A DNA stretch of 64,000 nt from Priapulus caudatus (lineage: Eukaryota): NCBI RefSeq assembly GCF_000485595.1, contig NW_014577065.1:433780-497779 (forward strand). The letters run 5' to 3'. Positions 15,101-25,300 of this stretch are shown in pieces. The translations under genes were made by a program, and so were the position numbers. Each line of letters opens with the position of its first letter. The stretch's first letter is position 1. The notes below the pieces were generated by a model. It ran no database searches. It was not told the DNA's origin and saw only the letters and a program-made list of their open reading frames with translations.

Positions 15101-15815
15101 TGGCTTGAATCTTGCCACGTTCCTTGTTGATCCACCTTTGACGTTCCATACTCTCTGCTTCACGACCTCCCTTTTCCCTACAGTCACAAGAAATTACAAG
15201 GAGTTATCTATAAACTGATGCTGTTTATGCAGAAATAATTAAATCAGTGAAACCATTTTTATTCAAGCAATTTGGCAAAATAAATTGGTAAAACTTCTTG
15301 CAAAGAGAAAACCAGCAAAGTTTGTTTAAATATATTTGTTAATTATGCAATGATTATATGATAAAGGTCATAATCAATTCAAATGACAAAATAAGTACTT
15401 ATGGACAAGCTAAAATAAGATTATTCAACTTTATATGATAATATTATAAATTTACTGAAGACATAATTTTTCATTTAAGACATGTCTGGCTCGTAAAATC
15501 AGGGTTCTCTCTGGGAATTTCAGAAGGTATGTTGAGCAATCAGGCAATTTATCTCCGATTGCTAATTTTAGTCAATTACACGTACGCGTCGTAACCAGCC
15601 ACAGGTAATCAATTTGGAGACATATACATCAAGTTGTGAATACATGCATGACTGTTTTGGGATTGTCAAAAATAAAAACAACTGGCATGTTGATTAGGCA
15701 ATTAAAGGATGTCAGATGATTCGTGGAATGTCACAAATTAGCTTCAGCTTTGAAGGCATGTCGGACACGACACTTAAAGGGCCAGGGTAGAGCCATAACA
15801 ATATTTACTTAGACT

Positions 15816-15852
<37 letters not shown>

Positions 15853-18800
15853 GAGGAAATAGAGACTAAAGAAGGCGAGGAAACAAAGGGAGGATGGGAG
15901 GGGAGAGAGAGGGAGAGAAGTAGGGATGCGCCGGTAGGGAGGAAGGGATTTGTTTCTTCTCATTCATATTACTTTTTATTGCTTTAAAAATGTACATCAG
16001 TTTCAAAATAACCAGACAACTTTTTCAATTGCCAATTCAGCTAGATGTCTTGGTATGTCCTCAGTCACTCAGCATACTAATTTTACATGTTACATTTACC
16101 ATAACACACAGGTGTACTCACCAGGCTTCTGCACAGGCTCTATCGCGTGGAAAGACGGGCTGATCATCCAGGTACTGAAGCTGCTTCTATACGGCAAAAA
16201 GTAACAACATATAAACAGAGTGCTGCATGTCAGTTTATGTTAACAGACACTTGATAGGATGGTGCATGATCACTATTTTATAGTCACATCACCACACTCG
16301 TACAACAGCAAGAAAGTGTTAGCTTAGTCGTATTGCAATGTATAATGTAAACAGAAATTATCCACACTCTAATATTAAATATCCTTAACTGGCAGGTATG
16401 CACCAGTGAAGTGATGAAAATTTCCACACCAGGATATGAAACTTACGATTCTTAATGTAAACATTTTCCGGTAGTTCTGTATGGAACTCTTCACTGAATT
16501 GCCCATGATATTCAGGACTCTCTGAGAACAATTCAAAAGGGTAAATTACATTATTTATTAAATGCCCTGAATTAAACTGAAACGTGTAATACTAAGAAGT
16601 TGAACAATAATATTACAGTAAAACTCGCATAAGTCGACACTTTTGGGACCAGCATATTTGTGCCAACTTACGAAAATGACGACATACGCATTTTGTCGAC
16701 TTATATGTAGGGCTACCCTCCCAGGCGCGCGTCACCCCTATGCAGTCATAAATTGCTCCACACACGACGTCAGGTCGCGCCACATACATAGCAGACATGA
16801 AACAATTGGGTCCGTATATCAATCGACACCGCTGCTGCCCACAACGAACATACATCGTACGCACTAGCGGCAAGCGCGGCTCTCGCTGGCTATCTGTAAC
16901 ACCCGCTGTTGATTACACGTTGGCGCATACCTGTGCAGCCAGCTCGTACATCCCCTAGACCGTACACTGCGCCATCGGCATTTCTGATGACGACTTACAG
17001 ATGGGAAATTACTGTTGTTTGTATTACATGGGACCTGTCTGAGGGCGACGACTTATAAGACTAGAAAATCGGGACTTTAACTTCCATGACGACTTATGCG
17101 AATTGACGAGTTAGACGATGACGATTTAATGCGAGTTTTACTGTATTAAGAACACAAACTGTGGCATGAACAATGATAAAAGCTAAAAACGGCATCTTAT
17201 TTTCAGTCTAATTAAATAACGTTAACCATGTATACAACTTTATTAATAATCAGATATGCTTTCTTGTTTCAATAATACCGACCGCTTGTCCCTATTATGT
17301 ACCTGAGCTGAGCTAGAAGCGCATAAAGACACATTGTTAGCGTTAGAGTTCATGTGCTTTTGACACTATTTATTGCATATGCAGCATTACTTATACGTGG
17401 AAAGTAGCTACACGTACAGAATGGGGAAATATTAGTTGTCTGTCTTTGACGCAGTACTATCCACTACTGTATTTAATCAATGACTTTCAGGTTAAATACA
17501 AGTTACTCACGAGCATAGTCATATCCCCAAAGACATCCATCACTTTCACATCATCTAGTCTGTTGTGAGAGAGATCAAGAATGCGCAACGCATGGCAGTC
17601 AAGCAAATGCGCAATGTTGTCGCTTGTCTGGAGACGATTGTGTGACATCTGTAGTGTCTCCAAATTTGGCAAGCAACCTTAGAATAATTAATTTAATAAT
17701 TGTGCATAACTACTTATCAGTACACATATATAACAAATCTGTATTACGACTACTGTTTGGATGTTGTGGTGATGTGATGATATACTTCATGATTCACAAT
17801 GTTACGACCACTTTTCATGATATTTGCGATTAGGTTGGGGAGGGGCAGTCGACTTATGAAGCAGTTGGCAATCTGTGTTGAACCCATTCTGAGCAGAAAA
17901 CTTGGCTTATAGCTTATAGAAATCAGGTATATTGTTGCACTATGTGCTTTTTAAATGTGCAAAGATAAGGAGTATCAAGGGTTAATAATGACAAGTTTGT
18001 CATTATTAACCTCTGGCAGTATGTATCTCTATTGTCCACGTTCAAATGCTAAACCTGGCAATTTTAAACTCATTGCATATATAACCAGGATTGCAAGTAG
18101 TGACCTGTGAAAAGCATGTGAGATGACACAGATGCAAATTTGGCCTACTCAGGTTTTGTAGTTTAGTAATGTAGTTATGGCTGAGATTGATAGTGACAAG
18201 ATTTTGCAGAGGCTCCAGATTCTCTATCTGATCCACGAGATTCTGATGCATGTAGAGACATCTGAAAGAACCCAAATAAATATGATAAGCAGTCAAAAAA
18301 GGATACACTTTTCTTGATACATTTCCCATTTATGGAATCGTTTCATGGTTAGTCACAATTATAAATTCAGAGTCCAGGAATCAGCATGAATGTATGAATT
18401 AAAGACTAAAGATATTGATGTGTAGAGAGACAATTTAGTGCTTGTTTTAATTAAGTTTGAAGTGCATGGCACGAGACAATAACAATAAAAAAAATCACAT
18501 GCATTGTCTACCACTCTCTGACTGTATACAAAACTTAGAGCTCAATGCCCAAAGTTCTTTTTTAAATAGAGAGAGAGAGCAATGACTGCTTACCTGTGAA
18601 AACTTGATACATACAAGCATCAGTTAGTTTGTTTAAATCAGTATCAAAAGTCTAATGATAAAATTGTAATAACTTGAGTCTGTCGAGTCAAATTTGCTAC
18701 TGGGAAATTGACTAGCTGGTAGGCTTGTCAAGTTTGCAGATTGATAGCCATATACTCCTTTCAGTCACATGCACTTTACTAAATCTAAAACGCACAAATA

Positions 18801-20649
18801 CCCAAGTAACTCTCTCATTATTTGATTATTGACACTCACCGCAATTGAGTCTGATGTTCTAAGTTTTCTATCTTCCTGATGCCATTAGACTCCAGCCAGA
18901 TGCACTTGAGGCCTGTATACTCATCCAAATTCTCTATTTTCCCAAAACCTGCATTGCAACAGCGAGACATAGACATGGAAGTGATACCAAAATGCAATAT
19001 ATAATTTACCGATCTGGTAACAACATTATAGCTCAAAGTACGAACTTTGTTTAAAAATACACTTGCGCCCTAAACTTACACAATTTATTATAATACTATG
19101 AGGGTGTTATATATGGTCAGATATGAGTCATATAAATATCTAAAACTAATCAATATACACATAATTATTATGGCTTACCTTTGAAGTGTAAATAGAGAGT
19201 GTCATTAAGGTAGGGTGTCAGGTACAATTTATTCTGCTTACAAAGCCGTTTCAGAAACTCTTTTGTCATCCTACATAGGGTCACACAAATATTTTAAAAT
19301 CATAAAGTATAAAACTTTATGAGCAAACACTAATTCTATATATATTTCTGAATGTGTTTAAATTAATATTTATAATTAATGTAAAATTTATATGATTACA
19401 ATGATTGATCGGATAATCACACAGTTAGAAAGGAGTAGATGCCATGAAATTGAAGAAAAAAGACTATATATTCCCTCATCATGTTAACTAGACATTTCTA
19501 ATTGTGAAACTGGAGTTAGACAACAATCAATACCAGATGCCACCACACCTACCAGTAGATTAATTAATATAGCCGATCATGTAATCAGGTAACAAGAACC
19601 AAAAGGCACAATTAATAGACTTCTTCCTTTTACAAAGATGGTCGAGACCTATATTTCGTATGACTCACAGGAAAACTAGCACACACGCATTTTAGGGTCA
19701 TGTGTTATCATAAGATATAAATACCTTGGCAACTTATCACTCTCATTTTTGTTATTGCAATTCACATTTTCCTTGATTTTTTCTTCTGAATTTTCTTTTT
19801 TGCTCTGATCCTGCATCACCAGAGGCTTAACATTACAGCTGTCACCAGTCTAGAAAAAATGTATTAAATAAATGATTGTTATCACATCATTTGTGCAGAA
19901 AGTATTAATAGTTTGTAAAATAACTAGTTGCAAGATTTACAGTTAGAATCTGTGACTGATAAATCCCATTTAATTTATAATTAACTACAGGAGGAACACT
20001 TCCATTTCCCTAGCTAGAGTATAATGATGTATACACTTACAGCATTATCATTTTTCATTGCTAGATGCTCTGTCAATGGCTCATTCTTCTTGGATACAAA
20101 ACCATCATTTGAAGCACTTGTTACATCAAGTGAATCAACAATATCTACAATGAGATCACTGCACATCTTATTAGTATCTATATTGTCTTTATTTAGTAAT
20201 TTTTCAGTGTTCACAGAATTAAGCACTTTAGTTGAAGGCAAGTTGCAACTTGTCCAATCCTCGAGCAAACTAGAGTATCCGGTGTGTGCATGTTTATCAT
20301 TGACATCATTAAGTTCAGGAAATTCTAGAAGAACAGCAGCCTCTCCAACATAATCCTGGCATAAATTCTCACAGCTTTCCTGCAATGATTCATTGTTTTT
20401 CATGCAATTGGACAAAGGCCTGTCATCACCTTCTAAAACAACAGTACTGCTGGCATCTGTGGCATCTCTTGTTGAGTGGGAAGGTAGTTCTATATGTTCA
20501 TGGACTTCAACATTAGACAGGCCCTGGTTATCATGCGTTGAGGGCCTCCTAGTATCCACAACCGTGACAGGGATAGACACTTCAGCAGTTTGCTCTTTTG
20601 ACTTTTCACTTTCATTGCAGTTATCAGGTAACTCCACAATCAAAGGCAT
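12200..20649 (-). CDS. DNAAF1: Dynein axonemal assembly factor 1 (LRRC50); 3' end uncertain
   Basis: Exons ~20649-20041 (MPLIVEL...), ~19849-19725, ~19270-19179 ([31 protein letters not shown]), ~18948-18840 ([29 protein letters not shown]), ~18261-18151, ~17677-17511, ~16522-16447, ~16189-16122 ([20 protein letters not shown]), ~15178-15092, ~13966-13532, ~12937-12831. These give LRR plus LRRcap motifs typical of DNAAF1. The last exon(s), near 11.9-12.4 kb, are unresolved. Confidence 0.92.
12606..12684. repeat. Small foldback palindrome
   Basis: AATTCAGACTCATACAATACCCCTAC ... GTAGGGGTATTATATGAAAGTCTGAATT. Confidence 0.5.
13117..13403. mobile_element. Foldback MITE family A, opposite orientation, expanded (TTAGGG)n
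   Basis: TSD GTCACTTGG / GTCACTGGG (13108-13116, 13404-13412), TIR AGGGTCTATGTCCCCC, about 12 TTAGGG-like units at ~13214-13286. The interior is the reverse-complement homologue of 11418-11668. Confidence 0.88.
16616..17143. mobile_element. Tc1/mariner (pogo/Tigger-like) MITE
   Basis: TA|CAGTAAAACTCGCAT ... ATGCGAGTTTTACTG|TA, i.e. a TA TSD and CAGT termini. Confidence 0.85.
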
Positions 20650-20943
20650 CGTCTTCAAAATACTACGTATTTTCACTTTAGGCTGTATCTGAAATATAAA
20701 GGAAAATTCTTTTAAACTTAAAACCCCAAAACTTTCATGGAACATTGGAAGATTTCAGCCATGACTCCAGCAACTGCATATTGTTAGGTGGTATAATTGC
20801 AGAGGTGTGACATACTAACGTGCTGTAAACATTCTTCGCCGGGTTGCGACATAGATTGAGGTATATAGGCTGTAGGCTATAGTACTAGCAGTGCAGTTGA
20901 GTTGGATTATGCTCGATTAATGTTGCAGAGTTAGTCAAGTTGC

Positions 20944-21117
20944 GCCCATAGGGTCTATGTCTCCCTGACCTCTGTTTGACCTGGCTCGTTTAGCTATTTC
21001 TGACTAACCCTAACCCTAACCCGGCCTATATCAGATAGTTACCAGGGTTAGGTTTAGTCAGAAATAGCTAAACGAGCCAGGTCAAACAGAGGTCAGGGAG
21101 ACATAGACCTTATCTGC
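20944..21117. mobile_element. Foldback MITE related to family A (9-bp TSD, TAACCC)
   Basis: Perfect TSD TCAAGTTGC (20935-20943, 21118-21126), ~60 bp near-perfect TIR starting GGTCTATGTCTCCC, internal TAACCC repeats and the ATATCAGATAGTTACCA motif shared with 11418-11668. Confidence 0.88.
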
Positions 21118-21624
21118 TCAAGTTGCAGTTGACTTGCAAAAAATAAGTGATAGACTTAGACTTTAGAGTAGATGAAAGTTTGGTAGCAAATACAATTTTA
21201 TTTGATTTAGTACTATTTAAAGATTGAAACGGCCAAGTGCCTGTGTGTGCATGACTTTGTCTGAAGACCCACACTGAGTGACACTGTGCCTGAGGCTGTG
21301 ACAGTGTCAGTGACGCTCAAGGGGTCGTTGTCGTAACAGGTACTACAGATATGTACCCGAGGTACATATATGTATACACAAAGTGTACCAGACTTGTACT
21401 ACAGAAGTGTACCCTAACCCTAAAGCACAACGCACACACCCGAGCGAAACACGAAATTTTGTTTTCCAGCGTTTCGCGTTCTGCTGAGCGAGCACGCGCA
21501 CACAGCTGAGTAACGTTAATGATTACCGCTCCTGCTCGTAACGGCCGCTAGGGCCTACTCACCAGCAGTAGCGTTAACCTCTTACTATNNNNNNNNNNTG
21601 TTTATATTTTTATATGAGGTATGT

Positions 21625-21893
21625 TTAGGGTTAGGGTTAAACCGACCGTGCAGGCTCTCCGACTGTTACACGTCGTAGGCCGTGTAGCCTCTCGCCACGT
21701 ATAGTGTTAAGCGAGATGGGAACTTGTGGCTAGGGTTAGGGTTAGGGTTAAACCGACCGTGCAGGCTCTCCGACTGTTACACGTCGTAGGCCGTGTAGCC
21801 TCTCGCCACGTAGTGTTAAGCGAGATGGGAACTTGTGGCTAGGGTTAGGGTTAGGGTTAGGGTTAGGGTTAGTGTTACTGTTAGGGTTAGGGT
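21625..21893 (+). repeat. Tandem ~110 bp unit alternating with (TTAGGG)n
   Basis: Two near-identical copies of AAACCGACCGTGCAGG...GAACTTGTGGC separated and flanked by TTAGGG runs, directly after a 10-N gap. Confidence 0.8.
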
Positions 21894-22171
21894 AGCTCTA
21901 GTAACTATAGCCCGCGTACAGTTGCCGCAGGCAGTAATAACATTGACAATATTCAATATTGACAATAACAAGAAAATCTATTTTACTTTTTAGGTCTACA
22001 TCATACATGAAGTTACTCAGTCGTTCATATTATATACATAACAGACACTTAACTACAAGTACAAGTTACAACTGTGGTAGCGTGTTTGCTTTATGGGATA
22101 TTTAATGTAATTTTAATGTAATTTTACATACTACCGGCGTTACGTACGTTGAGAGCAATGATTGCGTACGA

Positions 22172-22185
22172 GTATCTATGGCAAC
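22172..22185. promoter_or_regulatory. RFX X-box-like motif
   Basis: GTATCTATGGCAAC matches the X-box consensus (GTNNCYATRGYAAC) and lies upstream of the ciliary gene DNAAF1. Confidence 0.55.
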
Positions 22186-22252
22186 TCCTTAGCGCCGCCT
22201 AGTGTGAGTCAAAAGAATAATCTTGCAGCGGTTCCGTGTTTTCCAAAAATCA

Positions 22253-22262
22253 CGCGGGAATT
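22253..22262. promoter_or_regulatory. E2F-like site upstream of the RFC1 ATG
   Basis: CGCGGGAATT (reverse complement contains TTCCCGCG), ~40 bp before the RFC1 start codon. Confidence 0.45.
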
Positions 22263-22301
22263 TGCTACTGCCTGCGGACTGCGGAGCCACTGTCGTACAA
22301 A

Positions 22302-25300
22302 ATGGTAAGTGTTTGTGATTGCTGATGCTTCTTCCTCTGTCATTACACGGCTCGAGTTAATGAGAATAACTATAATATTATGGGTGCTCTCCGTGGACAT
22401 TGGGGGAGATATGCTGTAACCGTCCGGCTACGTTGTCTGCCGTTGAGTGTTGTCGATTTAAAACTATGTAACCGTCCGGCTACGTTGTCTGCCGTTGAGT
22501 GTTGTCGATTTAAAACTGTTTCAGCGAGAAATACGCACACATAGTGACAGTCTTAATATTTACATTTGTTCGTTATTCTCTACTGTACTGTGTACAGTGT
22601 ACAACATCAACATGGTAATTGGTAATGGTTGTGGTTGTGTGGTTTTAACTGAAATTACAAAGAAAAATACGCCAAGCATTAAACATTAAAGGCCTAGACA
22701 CACTGCAGCGACAGCGACCGACCGTAACGACAAACGACGTTTCAGAGAATTAGAAACTATTGTTTCCTATGACTAGTCTATGAGTATGAGCATGACGGCC
22801 CATTCCTATTTTACAACCCCAGGTTTAAAAACCCTAACCCTAAACATAACCCTAACCCTAACCAAACTTACGACATGGGTGTGTAAACGCTACTTGTACC
22901 AGTATGACTATGAGTATGAGCCATTGCACACACAAGTCACAACGTCACACGCGACAACGACCGGCGACAAAAATATTTAGAAACGTTTCTAATTTCCCGT
23001 ATTTGATCAGTACGAGATCACCAACTAAGGCAATTTAACTTGCAGATTCCTTTCTGCGCTCAACCATTTCTGCCTTTCCTGTAGCGATGGCAGATATTCC
23101 TTTACTCTTTAGCCAATTAACGTTGCCAGAATACGTCAGCCAGATACTGAACTTGGCGCCATCGTTTGCGGTAAAAATCCTGCTTAACGAAGATTCCAGG
23201 TGGGAAGGATGGACCAGAGCGAAGTAACAGCAGATGGTTAGGTGTCAATGGAGCTGCGTCACGTGGGTCATCGGATAGTTTGGTAATGGGATGACCATTC
23301 ATGATGCCTTCTACGATGCACATGAGGGTGACAAGTCCTTCATCATTAAGTTGTTGCTGATCAAGCAAGCTGTTCAAAAAGGCTGGCCAAGTCGCTTCCT
23401 TCTGCCATAGGAAGCTGGGCCCATGTATCCACCACTCATTGTCAAGAAGCTCTTGTTCGTACAGTATGTCCTCGTGAAACGTCATCTGCAGGATTGGATT
23501 GAGTATTCACATTTAGCCACTGAGTGGGTAATGAGTGCTCACGAATCTCGGCAACGCGGTTGGCAACAAACGTCTGAAACCGCTTGTCGTCATTTCTTAT
23601 TTAGTGTAAGACTATCATGCTGTCCCTCCAGAAAACTGAGTCCAGCAGTGTCATTGTCAATTCTCGGCGTATTATTTCATCTAGTTTGACAGATAGCACA
23701 GCTGCTGCTAATTCGCGGCGTGGTATTGTCGTAGATTTTAAGGCCGCTACTTTGGCCTTTGACATCAAAAGGTTGCAATGCACTTGTCCTAAACCATCCA
23801 CAATCCTCAAGTATGTTGCAGTTCCATAACCACTCTCCGAGGCATCTGAAAAAAGATGTAGCTGCGCCAAATTTGTATCGTCTAGTGCTGTTGGTTTTAT
23901 GGAGCGCGGGATCGACATGTCACAAAGCAATGGTAGGTCTCCTATCAACCAGGCCCACTGATTGGCTATAGCTTCAGGCATAGGGTCATCCCAGCCAGTC
24001 CCGAGTCTACACAGCTTCTGGAAGAGAACCTTAGCCTTCAGTATGTATGGGCTTACAAAATCCAGGGGGTCATATACTGAGCTTACAATGCTCAATAAGC
24101 CTCGTCGAGTGAGAGCCTTGTCTTTCACGTTATTCATCGAAACTAAACATGTCAGTTTCTGTATTCCAGAGTACTCCAAGCGCCCTCTCGGCAGGCAAAG
24201 GATCCTTGTCTAAATCTAGAGACACGACTTCCTTGGCCAACCTTGACTATGGAACCGAGCGTAGTACTTTACGTGAATTGCTGATTCACTTGGTGAGGCA
24301 AACCCCACCTATGGCAAGCATCTCTCGTAGCTGTTTAACAAGTTCTATTGCCTTTGTAGCATCTGAGACTGACATTAGACAATCGTCAACATAGAAATTC
24401 TAGTCAACCATGTTGACGGTGTCAGCGCTGTACTTCCAAGCATTATCAGATGCAGTACGCCTTAGCGCGAAATTCACACAACTCGGGCTCCACACTGCTC
24501 CAAACAGATGTGCGGTCATTCGGTACACATGTACACACTTTGTCGGGTCGTCATCTTTCCACCAAAGGAAACGGAGTGTATCTCTGTCATCTTTCCACCA
24601 AAGGAAACGGAGTGTATCTCTGTCATCTTTCCACCAAAGGAAACGGAGTGTATCTCTGTCATCTTGGTTGACCAAGACCTGGTGAAACATTCCTTCAATG
24701 TCTGCCATAAAGACTATATGGGTTCCTGCCTGAATCGAAGCAGTACTCCAACCAGCTTGTTGGCTAGATCCGGTCCCTGGTGTACCACATCATTAAGTGA
24801 TGTTCTGCTGTACTTTTCTGCACAGTCAAATATAACTCTCACCTTCCCAGGTTTTCTGGGATGTATGACGGGGTGATGGGGCAGGTATCAGTGCGATTTA
24901 GCTCCTCGGGCGGTACAATCTTTGCATACCTCTTATTGCGCATTTCTACTATTCCGGCAACGTACTTGTCTTGTAAACTGTTATCTTTTCTAAGCCGCTT
25001 ACTTAAGAGATGCAGCCGACGTTCAGCCAGCGACTTGTTGTCAGGAAGAAGGGGCTGTCGCTGCTTGAAGGGAATATTCATGCTATAATGTTCGTTCTCA
25101 AAATGCAATGATTGCTCCCAGATAGAGATAACCTTTCTATCACTGACTGACATTCCGATGGTGTCTCCTCCCACATCGTCCAGCTTCCAAAACCTTTCCA
25201 CTTGGCGTTGAAGAATAGCATCGGCATCGATAAAGTGTGAGGAAATACGAGTTGAGGGCCCTGCTTCCATTGGACCATTGAGAGTCCAGCCCAAAATGGT

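Noticed and set aside
21625..21893. CRISPR-like repeat/spacer pattern
   Set aside because: The spacers are identical, the repeats are telomeric hexamers, the context is eukaryotic and there are no cas genes.
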